This document shows positions 20,014 to 30,006 of a DNA stretch of 64,000 nucleotides, piece after piece. Within the stretch, counting starts at the first letter, position 1, and every line of letters starts with the position of its first letter. This DNA comes from a virus. Taxonomy: Duplodnaviria; Caudoviricetes. The stretch spans positions 1 to 64,000 of the IMG/VR virus record IMGVR_UViG_3300020578_000020; one strand, 5' to 3'. A program made the translations under genes and the position numbers. The notes beneath the pieces were generated by a model. That model made no database searches and was not told the DNA's origin. It was given only the letters and a program-made list of their open reading frames with translations.

Positions 20014-20066
20014 TAGGAAAAGTGATTTTTAGTAAAAACTAAATATTTATAAACAAAACAAAAATT

Positions 20067-20594
20067 ATGGGAAGAATAATAAGATTAACAGAAAATGAAT
20101 TTCATTCTTTAGTAAGAAGACTCGTTCGTGAAACTGAAGAAGAAATGATGTCAATTGAAATGGAAAATCCAAAAATGGAAGATAATGAATTCGATAGAAT
20201 GTCAAAAAAAGATGCGGTTCATGCAGTCGCTAAATTTTTTGATAGAAAATTAAAAAGATTGGAAAGTGATGAAATCGAAGAACTTGAAGATTTGGTAATC
20301 AATAAAAAAACTGAAGATATGGTTGATATGTTTTTAAGAGAAGATATATCAGACAAAATGAAATCATTTAAAGAAAAAGCAATGATTCGTGGTGGTATTG
20401 GAATGGCGGGGGCCGGTATGCTTGGTATTATAAGTCAAGCTTTAGGTTACACTGACGCTGGCCAACTCATGATACGAGTCCATGATTTTGTTGGTAACAT
20501 GGGTGGAGCGCCTCTTAGTGCGGCATTATTAATTGCTGGTTTTATTATGGCACTCAAAGGAGCCGCTATCAGAGATTCAAGAATGGAAAGTTAA
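20067..20594 (+). CDS. RLTESDL-type leader protein with Gly-rich membrane helices
   Basis: MGRIIRLTENEFHSLVRRLVRE; two hydrophobic C-terminal segments. Confidence 0.75.
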   Translation: MGRIIRLTENEFHSLVRRLVRETEEEMMSIEMENPKMEDNEFDRMSKKDAVHAVAKFFDRKLKRLESDEIEELEDLVINKKTEDMVDMFLREDISDKMKSFKEKAMIRGGIGMAGAGMLGIISQALGYTDAGQLMIRVHDFVGNMGGAPLSAALLIAGFIMALKGAAIRDSRMES

Positions 20595-20621
20595 TAAAAC
20601 CCCGAAATAAAGAGGGGTTTT

Positions 20622-20948
20622 TCATTTCTTTTGTTTAAGATGATCTTCGAGTATTTCTATGATCTGATCGATTTCTTCTTTTTCTTTTTTGTCTGAAGAT
20701 CTAAAGTTTGTCGTTTTATAAAGTATTTCCCAAAAGAAAATGTAATGTAATAAAAACATCATGAAAAGGGAATCAAACGAAACTCCGAAAAAAAATAAAA
20801 AAGTCCCACCAAAAATTGAAATAGTATATAAAAAATAATATAACTCTGAGTTTGTAAAAGACAAAAATTTATATTGTCTAATTATTTTTTTTAATTTTTT
20901 TTTCGGTAGGTCTTTATATAAATCAGTCTCATCTATTGGGTCCATCAT
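20622..20948 (-). CDS. Membrane protein
   Basis: Two TM helices. Confidence 0.65.
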   Translation of the reverse strand: MMDPIDETDLYKDLPKKKLKKIIRQYKFLSFTNSELYYFLYTISIFGGTFLFFFGVSFDSLFMMFLLHYIFFWEILYKTTNFRSSDKKEKEEIDQIIEILEDHLKQKK

Positions 20949-21014
20949 ATTAATATAGTATTATAATTTTGTTGTGGAAAACAAATTTAAAAAAATAAAA
21001 TTAAATTTGAAAAA

Positions 21015-21440
21015 TTAATTTACAGAAACAAGTTCCAAATCAAAAATTAATTTCTTTCCTGCCAACGGATGATTGGCGTCCAAAACAACATTAGTCTCAT
21101 TTACTTCTTTAACCATCACATTCATAGGTCCTTGTGGTGTCATAGTTTGTAACATTTGACCCACCTCAACATTTTCAGGAACTTTGTCTTTTAGCACTTC
21201 AACAACTAAATCTTGTCTAAAATCACCATAAGCTTCGGTGTGATCCATTTCGATAGTTTTTTTATCACCCTCTTTCATACCCAAAAGACCTTTTTCAAAT
21301 CCCGAAATTAAAGAACCTTGACCCAAAGTTGCCGATAATGGCTCACGACCTTCCATCAATGAAGTATCAAATACAGATCCATCTTCTAATTTTCCCGTGT
21401 AATTAACAGTCACGGTACTGTTCACTTCAACAATTTTCAT
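21015..21440 (-). CDS. FKBP-type peptidyl-prolyl isomerase (SlyD/SlpA-like, no His tail)
   Basis: VTVNYTGKLEDGSVFD...LISGFEKGL...AYG...DANHPLAGKKLIF; start moved to ATG 21440. Confidence 0.9.
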   Translation of the reverse strand: MKIVEVNSTVTVNYTGKLEDGSVFDTSLMEGREPLSATLGQGSLISGFEKGLLGMKEGDKKTIEMDHTEAYGDFRQDLVVEVLKDKVPENVEVGQMLQTMTPQGPMNVMVKEVNETNVVLDANHPLAGKKLIFDLELVSVN

Positions 21441-21498
21441 TTTTTTTTCTTTAATAATATAACAAAAAAATATTTTTGTAAAATGATATTTATATAAT

Positions 21499-21708
21499 AT
21501 GTTAGATTTTTTTAAACATTTATATTTGACTATTATGAATAGGTATGGGTCTTTCATGTGGTTTGGAACACATGTGGGAGTAACACAAGTTGATTGGCAT
21601 TGGTTTTTAGAAATTTTTCTGTGCATGTTGATTAATTTAATGGTTTTTCATACAATTTACCTCGAATGGAAAGAACTAAAAGCTAAAAATAAAAATGTTA
21701 ATTTTTAG
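21499..21708 (+). CDS. Small membrane protein
   Basis: 69 aa with hydrophobic segment. Confidence 0.5.
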   Translation: MLDFFKHLYLTIMNRYGSFMWFGTHVGVTQVDWHWFLEIFLCMLINLMVFHTIYLEWKELKAKNKNVNF

Positions 21709-21755
21709 TTTTTTATTTACTAACAACTCTAAAAATTTAACAACGTATTTTATTT

Positions 21756-24206
21756 ATGAAACACATTTTATTTTTATTTTTATTACCAATTTTGATATTT
21801 TCACAAAATTGTCCTTACATTGGACCTGATTTAACTTTACCTTGCGGGTTAAATCAAACAACATTGACTGCAGATCTTTCACAATGTGGCCCGAATGCTT
21901 TACCACAAGGAACTTCGAATTATGGCGTTACTAACATACCTTATGTAGCTCAAGTAAATAACGGAACTTTAATTCAACTTTCAGATGATTCGCAATCCAA
22001 TACTTTTAATATTGGGTTCACGTTTTGTTTTTATGGTTCTAGCTACACACAGTTTCGTGTTGGGTCGAATGGGTGGGTTTCTTTAGGGGTTGGAGTTCAG
22101 CCAGCAACTTTTGTCACTCAAGCAATACCCTCAGCAAATGCTGCCGTTCCAAAAAATTGTATTATGGGTCCTTGGCAAGATTGGAATCCAAGTTTAGGAG
22201 GTCAAATTCGTTATGAGGTTCAAGGAGTTGCCCCATGTCGTAAATTGGTAGTTAGTTGGATTAGTGTCCCTATGTTTTCTTGTACCAATTTGCAAGGAAC
22301 TTTTCATATTATACTTTACGAATCAACAAATGTTATTGAAAATCATATTGCAAATAAACCTGCCTGTAATCAATGGGCGAATGGAACCGCAGTTCAAGGA
22401 ATTCACAATCTTTTAGGTAATACTGCTGTAACGGTTGTAGGTAGAAACTCAACTCAATGGACCACAGTTAACAATGCTTACCGATGGACCCCAAGTGGAG
22501 GGCCTATTCAACCAACTTGGACTTGGTATCAAGTAGGAAATCCAAATCCAATAGGAACAGGATTAAGTATTACGGTTACACCACCTATCGGAGGGGCTTA
22601 TTATACCTGTCAACCTGTTTATCCCACTTGTAATGCTGGGTGGTCTTCTTGTAATGTAGGTGCAGGTCAAGGTCCTGATACTATTTTAGTCACACCAACT
22701 CCCAATTTACCACCACCAACAATTACACCAACCGATCCTTTATGTAATAATGGTTGTGACGGAACTATTGTTGTTACCCCTATTGGTGGATTGGCCCCAT
22801 ATGTTATCAATTGGGGTAATGGATCAAACACTCTAACACTAAATAACTTGTGTTCAGGAACATATAACTTTTCTCTAACAGACGCTAATGGTTGTGTTTA
22901 TAATGGAACGTCAACTTTATCAAATCCTCCACCACTACAAATACCAACAGTAACCTCAACAACCCCGACTTGTTTTGGTTATTGTGATGGATCATCAGTT
23001 GTTAATCCTGTTGATGGACTTGCACCATACACTTACCTTTGGAATGATGGTCAAACAACTCAAACTGCAACCAATTTATGTTCAGGAAATTATTCTGTTA
23101 CCGTTACAGACGCAAATAACTGTCCCGCAACTCAAACAACTACATTAGTTGATCCACCACTTGTAACAATTAACCCAATTACAGGATCTGATACCGTTTG
23201 TTTTATATCTACGAGTAATATATACAACGTTACAAGTGTTTTTCCTAACCTCGGGTATGTTTGGACCAACACGATAGGAAATATTACGTCAGGACAAGGA
23301 ACAAATCAAATATACTTAGATGTAACTGGTGTAAATGGGGGGTTTTACATTAATACTTTGTCGGTCATTGGTGTAAATCAACTTGGTTGTCAGTCAGTAC
23401 CTCAAACTTTTTCTATAGTTGTATTAAATATTTTTCCTGTCATCACTCAAGTAGGTCCATTCTGCGAATATGACAATTGTATTACATTAAACGCAACTCC
23501 ACCTAATGGAATTTTAAGTGGATTCAATGTAATTAGTAATCAATATTGTCCAAATAATGGATTTTTTGGTCTCGATGAGGTTACATACACCTATACACAA
23601 TCAGGATGTATGTTCGATACGTCTATATTTGTACAAACTTACTCAAGACCATCAATAATTCCAATTACAAACGGTTCTGTTGGTAAAAATACAGAGTATC
23701 ACCAAATCTGTGAGGGTGATATTGTACAAGATGCGTTTAGTTTAAACTCTCCTAGTGGTGGATACAACGAATGGTATGTGTTTAACGACACAATTACTGA
23801 CTACACTTTGAGTTTAACATGGGGTATAGACGGAATATTCACTTTTCAAGGTGTTAGATGGGATAATGGGTGTGTTTCTAACCCTCAATCGTTTACAGTA
23901 ACGTTAGAATTGTGCCCCAATGAAGTATTTTACATACCAAATGCCTTTACACCCGATGGTGACGAAAAAAATAATGTTTTCAAACCAATAATTACCTCAG
24001 GTGTTGACATTTTTGACTATTCTTTCGTTGTTTTGAACAGGTGGGGACATATTATATGGGAATCGTTTGACACGAAAATAGGTTGGGACGGTACATATAA
24101 CAAAATTCCATGTCAGGATGGAACATATACTTGGAAATTGAAGTTCAAGAGTTCTAAAATCAATGAAATAAAAGAGTTTTATGGTAGTTTTACGCTCATT
24201 AAGTGA
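21756..24206 (+). CDS. Secreted SprB-repeat protein with gliding-motility-associated (T9SS type-B) C-terminal domain
   Basis: Signal peptide; GLAPYTYLWNDGQT...VTVTDANNC repeats; FYIPNAFTPDGD..N..F...NRWG...GWDG...GTY. Confidence 0.9.
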   Translation: MKHILFLFLLPILIFSQNCPYIGPDLTLPCGLNQTTLTADLSQCGPNALPQGTSNYGVTNIPYVAQVNNGTLIQLSDDSQSNTFNIGFTFCFYGSSYTQFRVGSNGWVSLGVGVQPATFVTQAIPSANAAVPKNCIMGPWQDWNPSLGGQIRYEVQGVAPCRKLVVSWISVPMFSCTNLQGTFHIILYESTNVIENHIANKPACNQWANGTAVQGIHNLLGNTAVTVVGRNSTQWTTVNNAYRWTPSGGPIQPTWTWYQVGNPNPIGTGLSITVTPPIGGAYYTCQPVYPTCNAGWSSCNVGAGQGPDTILVTPTPNLPPPTITPTDPLCNNGCDGTIVVTPIGGLAPYVINWGNGSNTLTLNNLCSGTYNFSLTDANGCVYNGTSTLSNPPPLQIPTVTSTTPTCFGYCDGSSVVNPVDGLAPYTYLWNDGQTTQTATNLCSGNYSVTVTDANNCPATQTTTLVDPPLVTINPITGSDTVCFISTSNIYNVTSVFPNLGYVWTNTIGNITSGQGTNQIYLDVTGVNGGFYINTLSVIGVNQLGCQSVPQTFSIVVLNIFPVITQVGPFCEYDNCITLNATPPNGILSGFNVISNQYCPNNGFFGLDEVTYTYTQSGCMFDTSIFVQTYSRPSIIPITNGSVGKNTEYHQICEGDIVQDAFSLNSPSGGYNEWYVFNDTITDYTLSLTWGIDGIFTFQGVRWDNGCVSNPQSFTVTLELCPNEVFYIPNAFTPDGDEKNNVFKPIITSGVDIFDYSFVVLNRWGHIIWESFDTKIGWDGTYNKIPCQDGTYTWKLKFKSSKINEIKEFYGSFTLIK

Positions 24207-24221
24207 TAGATATTTATTTAT

Positions 24222-24881
24222 ATGAGTAAAAAGAAAAATCCTGAGTTAAAACAGAATGATCGTATTATTTTGGTCTACATGCCAGATGAATATATTGACA
24301 CAGGAACCAAAGGAAGGGTCACAGGAATTGCTCAAGCACCAACTTTAGGTGGATCACCCAATTACATATATAATGTTGAATGGTTAGATGACGACGGTAA
24401 AGTAATTAGTACTCTTTCTATATTACCAAATGTTGATTCTTGGATATTGGACCCCGAATTTACCCAAAATGACCTAAATGAAGCTAAAAATCGTGTAATT
24501 ACTGATTTAGATGAATTAATTAGTCGTCATGAATGGTCAAGACTCTTTAAAAAGTCTGATTTGAAGTACATTATGGAGTATCTAGAGGCAATCAGACAGT
24601 CAGGAATAGTAAATATGTTCCAATCAGGACAATTTTTAGGTCAAACAAAGGATTATCTCAAGGGATATTTCAATTTACACCGAATGCAACGAGATTTGGA
24701 TGAAGATGATGAAAAAATCATTGAAAAAATCATGGAAATGTCAGATAATGTCAGAAATATCATGATTTCAGCCGCAGTTAGTGATTTAGAACAAAATAAT
24801 AAAGAAATTACAGGTAGATCGGCAACAAATAAAATAAATAGACTCTCAACTGAGCTTGTAAAACACTTTATGGGTAGATAA
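24222..24881 (+). CDS. Hypothetical protein
   Basis: 219 aa; YLEAIRQSGIVNMF motif; TATTTAT 4 nt before ATG. Confidence 0.7.
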   Translation: MSKKKNPELKQNDRIILVYMPDEYIDTGTKGRVTGIAQAPTLGGSPNYIYNVEWLDDDGKVISTLSILPNVDSWILDPEFTQNDLNEAKNRVITDLDELISRHEWSRLFKKSDLKYIMEYLEAIRQSGIVNMFQSGQFLGQTKDYLKGYFNLHRMQRDLDEDDEKIIEKIMEMSDNVRNIMISAAVSDLEQNNKEITGRSATNKINRLSTELVKHFMGR

Positions 24882-24952
24882 TTGTATTTTTTTACTAAAA
24901 TACTTGATTATATCACAAAAATTGATGATTTTTTCATAAAAACAAACATATT

Positions 24953-25246
24953 ATGACATTATTATCCATTTCTCTATTAGTTTTTAGTATAATTATACTT
25001 TTTACAACCATTTTATTCATTATTTGGTGGAAAAAATACGGAAAATCACTATTTTCTACCTTAAAAGACCTAAAAAACATGCAAAATCCATCAAATTTCA
25101 CACAAAACCTTGGAAATTTGGGTAATTTAGAAAATTTTTATCAAAATATTGGTAATTTCGGAGGTCAAATGGGTAATATTCAAGAAAATATGACTAAATT
25201 TAATGAAATAATGAGTAAAATGGGTAAAAAAATAGGTAAAAGATAG
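24953..25246 (+). CDS. Single-pass membrane protein
   Basis: N-terminal TM, N/G/M-rich tail. Confidence 0.6.
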   Translation: MTLLSISLLVFSIIILFTTILFIIWWKKYGKSLFSTLKDLKNMQNPSNFTQNLGNLGNLENFYQNIGNFGGQMGNIQENMTKFNEIMSKMGKKIGKR

Positions 25247-25349
25247 GTAAAATTACCAAAAAAGGACCTATCTCGGGTTGTTTTTTGTCTTTATACACAC
25301 AAAAAAAACCCCCAAAAATAGGAAGGTTTAGTCCAAAAATAGAGTATTT

Positions 25350-25601
25350 TTACTCATTTGTTGGTGTTTCCTCCTTGAAAAAATTAGTTAAAAACTTGCC
25401 AATTACACCTAAAACAATAGACGATACTATCATTATTTTAATTTCACAAGTTGTGAATATGTCTTTTAAATTGTCAAACTGCCACAAACCGCCAATTGCT
25501 AGTACAGATGCTACTGCCAACATTGAATCTCCAATTCTTCTCCATTTTTTGGGGGTTGGTTTCCAATAACTACACATTAACCCATTAATTTTTTTTTTCA
25601 T
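25350..25601 (-). CDS. Small 2-TM protein, possible holin-like
   Basis: TPKKWRRIGD then two TM helices. Confidence 0.55.
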   Translation of the reverse strand: MKKKINGLMCSYWKPTPKKWRRIGDSMLAVASVLAIGGLWQFDNLKDIFTTCEIKIMIVSSIVLGVIGKFLTNFFKEETPTNE

Positions 25602-25729
25602 TTTCCTTGTCCTTTGTATTTTTTAGGTTTTTCTTCTTTTGGACCAAATTTCTTCTTTAATTTACCTACAGTTTTTTTTCCAAAAATAACTTTGTTCGAA
25701 GTTGTTGAATTTGACACCTTTTTTGCCAT
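25598..25729 (-). CDS. Small basic protein (43 aa)
   Basis: MAKKVSN...KKYKGQGK; fills the gap, ATGA-coupled to the next gene; below track cutoff. Confidence 0.55.
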   Translation of the reverse strand: MAKKVSNSTTSNKVIFGKKTVGKLKKKFGPKEEKPKKYKGQGK

Positions 25730-25730
25730 T

Positions 25731-26261
25731 TTATAAACCTTTAACTAAGTTTATTGATTGTTTCAGGTATTCTTTAGCCCTCGAAGATGGAGTATATTCA
25801 TCTTCCTTGGTTTGGAGATTCAAAACACGTTCTATGTCTTTTACCAATTCCGTTCCATGTTCATTTTCTTTATATAACTCTATAATTTTATCCATAGCTT
25901 TATGACACTCTCCTGTTGTTTCATCATAATAATTTTTATTTCTAAACCTGTTTAAGTTATTCATCATTTCATAGGCCAAATGTGACCCACCATCTTTGAT
26001 GTCTTTGAATAGTCTGATGTTATTTAAAATTCCTAAAGTATCAACTAATGAGTTAACACCAGTTCTTCTTTTTGAAATGCCAATAGTGTACCTATCATAT
26101 TCATCGGATCTACCAACCATCTCATCCAAATTTATTATATTTTCAGGAATACAACTTGGTTTTTTATTTTTTTTTGATTTAGATTCACTAGTTTCTTGTT
26201 CTGATAAAATATCTTTTACAATTTTATTTATTTGATATTCATTCAACATTCTTTTTTTCAT
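25731..26261 (-). CDS. Leader-bearing hypothetical protein
   Basis: MKKRMLNEYQINKIVKDILSE; TATTTAT on minus strand at ~26301-26307. Confidence 0.75.
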   Translation of the reverse strand: MKKRMLNEYQINKIVKDILSEQETSESKSKKNKKPSCIPENIINLDEMVGRSDEYDRYTIGISKRRTGVNSLVDTLGILNNIRLFKDIKDGGSHLAYEMMNNLNRFRNKNYYDETTGECHKAMDKIIELYKENEHGTELVKDIERVLNLQTKEDEYTPSSRAKEYLKQSINLVKGL

Positions 26262-26316
26262 TTTATAAATAATTTTATTTGGTTATCTACTATTTATCTA
26301 ATAAATATCGCATGTT

Positions 26317-26904
26317 ATGAGAATTTTAAAAAACATAGTTAGGGAAGAATTGTTGAAACAAATCAATTATCCTATGAAAATTATTGGAGATGTCCAAATT
26401 TCAGAAAGTTTGAATTATCATATCAAACATGGTATCCCTTTGATTAATAACATTTTTGAGATTTATTCGAAATCATTTTTAAATTTAATAAATGAGGTTC
26501 GTTATTTATTTCATAATGGTCTTATTGACTTGAACGAAAATGACATCGATTTAGTTGAGTCTGATTTGGGTAAATTAGTAACTTTGGAAAGTGGCCAAAA
26601 AGTATATTTAGAAGTCCCTATAGAAGATAAAAATTTTTTGACTGAGTCAGAATATAAAGGTAGAAAAGTTCAACTTGGTAAAATTATGCAGGGTGATGTA
26701 AAAAAGTTCAAAGTATATGTTAAAAATGACAAAGGCAATGTGGTAAAAGTTAATTTTGGATTTGGTGGTAAATCCGCAAAAGGAAAAAGAATGGTCATCA
26801 AAAAAAATAATCCTGCGAGAAGAAAATCTTTCAGAGCTAGACACAACTGTGATAATCCTGGACCAAGATGGAAAGCCAGATATTGGGCTTGTAGAACTTG
26901 GTAA
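26317..26904 (+). CDS. Conserved-type phage protein with basic C-terminal domain
   Basis: LTE then SEYKGRKV...KKFKVYV...VNFG...SFRARHNC...ARYWACRTW, recalled from T4-like phages. Confidence 0.7.
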   Translation: MRILKNIVREELLKQINYPMKIIGDVQISESLNYHIKHGIPLINNIFEIYSKSFLNLINEVRYLFHNGLIDLNENDIDLVESDLGKLVTLESGQKVYLEVPIEDKNFLTESEYKGRKVQLGKIMQGDVKKFKVYVKNDKGNVVKVNFGFGGKSAKGKRMVIKKNNPARRKSFRARHNCDNPGPRWKARYWACRTW

Positions 26905-26985
26905 CTTATTTTTTCAAAATTGTTTAGGATATCAAATAACAATTAGTCATGTATTTTATAAAAAAATTTATTATATATTATTTAT

Positions 26986-27588
26986 ATGGATTTGATTGAA
27001 AAAAAATTAATTATAGAACAACAAAAAATGAGGCAACCAATTAGAGTTGCCATAAAAGATATTATAGAAATCTACAAAACTAATGATGACGGTGAATTTT
27101 ATTTACCTGAAGAAATTACAGGTGAACTAGAATATGAATTTCCTAACGCAGTATTTTCTGTTGAATTGTATTTGGATCAATCAAATATTATTGATGACTT
27201 CAAAATAAATGCCGATTATGATTACGAATCGGATATTATCACTGTTAAAATTGTATATAATCCTGAAGTAAAAAAAATTATAACCTATAATTTGATTGGA
27301 GAATTAAATGAATTAATGGCACATGAACTAAGACATTTGGACCAAAAAAATCAGGGATTATTTAAATTGGGGGGTAAGGAACCAAAAGAAGGATTAAAAT
27401 ACTATTCTCAACCTAAAGAAGTTGATGCTCAGGTGTTTGGTTTTAGAAGGATGTCAAAAATTACAAAAAAACCATTCGAAGATTTAGTGAAAAATTGGTT
27501 TCAAACTCACCAAGATATTCATCTTATGAGTACTAAAGAATCTGAAAAAGTAATTGATCTTATATTCGATAGAAATTCTAAGATTTAA
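26986..27588 (+). CDS. HExxH zinc-metallopeptidase-like protein
   Basis: AHELRH...YY..PKEVDA. Confidence 0.6.
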   Translation: MDLIEKKLIIEQQKMRQPIRVAIKDIIEIYKTNDDGEFYLPEEITGELEYEFPNAVFSVELYLDQSNIIDDFKINADYDYESDIITVKIVYNPEVKKIITYNLIGELNELMAHELRHLDQKNQGLFKLGGKEPKEGLKYYSQPKEVDAQVFGFRRMSKITKKPFEDLVKNWFQTHQDIHLMSTKESEKVIDLIFDRNSKI

Positions 27589-28198
27589 ATCTTTCAATCA
27601 TTTTTTTAAAAATTTGAGTCAAAATTGTGGAGCTTACGATTGTTCCCGTGTAATGTGTCAATGATTTCAAAACCAATAAAACTTCTTCAGAGTCCAAATC
27701 TAAACTTGCTAAATCTTTTATTAATGGTATAATTGGAATAAGAAAACAATATGCCAGCATGTTTGATGTTTTCGAAAAAGTTATGTTTAAACTTTCTAAA
27801 AAATTAAAAAAAGCATCTTTCAAATCATTTGCCTTAGAAATAGACCTATCAAAGAATGATATCAATTTTTTTTCCTTAATTAGTTGAAGGACCTTAAATA
27901 ATTTTTCCTTGTTTGAAGAAAAAAAAGTTAATATTATTCCAAAACATATTAAAATAACATCTGAATCCGAAAGATTGGTGTATAATCCTTTTATGTAATC
28001 TGAGATTGGGCCAATAAATCCACCTATAACAAATCCCCAAGTTACCGCTGCGGTAAAATCTATATTATGTTTTTCTTTTACGTCATTCAATATAGATTTT
28101 ACAATATTTTTATTCTTTGATAAATTTAAGTAAATCTTATCACTTTTTTCTTCAACCAATAGTTTTTTGTATTGAGATTCTGTCAGTAAAATATCCAT
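27578..28198 (-). CDS. Leader-bearing membrane protein
   Basis: MDILLTESQYKKLLVEE; several TM segments. Confidence 0.7.
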   Translation of the reverse strand: MDILLTESQYKKLLVEEKSDKIYLNLSKNKNIVKSILNDVKEKHNIDFTAAVTWGFVIGGFIGPISDYIKGLYTNLSDSDVILICFGIILTFFSSNKEKLFKVLQLIKEKKLISFFDRSISKANDLKDAFFNFLESLNITFSKTSNMLAYCFLIPIIPLIKDLASLDLDSEEVLLVLKSLTHYTGTIVSSTILTQIFKKMIERFKS

Positions 28199-28312
28199 GT
28201 TATTGGTAAATATATCGTTGGTATATAATTATTTTATTTATTTGATATTTAATTTATATTGTATTTTAGGAAATTAATATAAAAAAAGATATTTATATAA
28301 AAAATTATAATT

Positions 28313-28855
28313 ATGAACGCATATTTTTTTAATGTATCGAAACAAGAACGAGAAAATATTTTAGATCAACATAAACATTTATATGATGGTTATGTTACAA
28401 AATATAATCAAGAATCCAATCAATACCCTTTGTATGTTCAAGATTTGGCAAATGACAAAATGGGTATAACTGTAAATTCGCGAGGGGATGTTAAAAAATA
28501 TACAAATTTTAATATCAATGAAAGTCCTCTGAACAGAATTGGTGATGGCCCAAATGACTTGAAACACGGAACTTTCGATTCAGAACAGATACCCGATACG
28601 TTTAATAACAATTTAGAATATTTTCACAATGTTTATTCATCACCATCAGAGAATGAATTTGATGATGAAATGGAGAATAATGAAAACCAATACGAGTACG
28701 ATATTGATGAGTTAGAAGATTTTTCGACTGAAGAAATTACGGAGGGTTTTGATAAAAAAATTTTTTATGAAATTGATGAAGATTTAATAGATGAGTTTAA
28801 AAATCAATTGAATGAATCTTTTGATATGTTTAATAGATTTAAAAACTATAATTAA
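28313..28855 (+). CDS. EKxRIL-type leader acidic protein
   Basis: VSKQERENILDQHK; INE, ITE, LNE motifs. Confidence 0.75.
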   Translation: MNAYFFNVSKQERENILDQHKHLYDGYVTKYNQESNQYPLYVQDLANDKMGITVNSRGDVKKYTNFNINESPLNRIGDGPNDLKHGTFDSEQIPDTFNNNLEYFHNVYSSPSENEFDDEMENNENQYEYDIDELEDFSTEEITEGFDKKIFYEIDEDLIDEFKNQLNESFDMFNRFKNYN

Positions 28856-28859
28856 ATTT

Positions 28860-29159
28860 ATGGAAATACAGGAATTAGTATTTTTTTATTTACATGAAAA
28901 TTCAAATCAAGTTGAGGTACAATTCAGATTTAATATTGACTCCGATGATGAAATAAGAAACGACATGATAGACTTAAATGAGGCTATAGACTTTGGTTAT
29001 AACTTATTCATAGAAGATTATGACTTTCACGAGGACGATATCGAAGATGAATATTATTGGTTACAATCTCCATCTATTGATGAGGATGTTCTTATTTTAT
29101 TTTTGAACGAGTATTATATAGTGAATTCAGACAATATACCAAACCCCGAGTTGATTTAA
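28860..29159 (+). CDS. Acidic hypothetical protein
   Basis: ATG 28860 just after the upstream stop. Confidence 0.7.
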   Translation: MEIQELVFFYLHENSNQVEVQFRFNIDSDDEIRNDMIDLNEAIDFGYNLFIEDYDFHEDDIEDEYYWLQSPSIDEDVLILFLNEYYIVNSDNIPNPELI

Positions 29160-29656
29160 GGACCAACTCGAGTCAAAAACATAGTTGTGGTTTCACCACT
29201 ACTGTTGTTACCGAAATCATAACTACCCGAAGTCCTGAAAACTAAACTTTCTAACCCATCATCAATAATTTTCCAAACACGACGAGTTCCATTATAATCA
29301 AATATTATGTAACCTAAATCATTCAAACTTCTGTTACCTTGTGTAATATATGTGAATTTTTTATTCCAAATTGTTGTTCCACTAGAAAGATCGATAGGGT
29401 CAAAATAAATAAAAGTATAATCCATAGCTAAACGTGTAAATCCAAGTATGATCGTATCTATTGGTTTAGTTTCGCTTGGATTTATATATATGTCACCAGG
29501 ATAAAAAACCATATTTTGAGATTGGTCATCTTTATTTTCATAAGTAATTTTATCAATCCGATACTCACCACTTAAACTAAGTAGTTGAGGTTGAGAGTAT
29601 TTCAAACATGAAGACAACACAAAAAGAAATGAGAGTAGAATGAGAATATTTTTCAT
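29156..29656 (-). CDS. Putative lipoprotein
   Basis: Lipobox LSSC; TATATTTG box upstream on minus strand. Confidence 0.7.
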   Translation of the reverse strand: MKNILILLSFLFVLSSCLKYSQPQLLSLSGEYRIDKITYENKDDQSQNMVFYPGDIYINPSETKPIDTIILGFTRLAMDYTFIYFDPIDLSSGTTIWNKKFTYITQGNRSLNDLGYIIFDYNGTRRVWKIIDDGLESLVFRTSGSYDFGNNSSGETTTMFLTRVGP

Positions 29657-29717
29657 AAATGTTTATTTTAACAAATATACTTCTTTTTTTTTAATTAAAC
29701 TAATATTTATAAAAATA

Positions 29718-29963
29718 ATGGAATTAGAAGAAATTATTTACATATTGAAAAAATATACTTACTCAGAAAATAGTTTCGAAAAAAATTCAAACGATGAAAT
29801 TAAAGAACAAGACGCCGCTGGAACTGGTGCGGCGGCACCGTATCCTACAGTAACAAAATGGGAAACAGGACTAAATAGAAGTGTTGCAAACCAAATCGAC
29901 TATAAAGTTAAATGGAAAGATTTATATAAAATCACACGAGGAAAATCAAACACCCTTTTGTAA
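29718..29963 (+). CDS. Small late-type protein
   Basis: TATTTAT upstream; EIKEQ; KWETGLNRSVANQI / ITRGKSNTL. Confidence 0.6.
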   Translation: MELEEIIYILKKYTYSENSFEKNSNDEIKEQDAAGTGAAAPYPTVTKWETGLNRSVANQIDYKVKWKDLYKITRGKSNTLL

Positions 29964-30006
29964 TTTGAATTTTTCTAAATCGGAGATATTTATTAAATAA
30001 AAAGTT

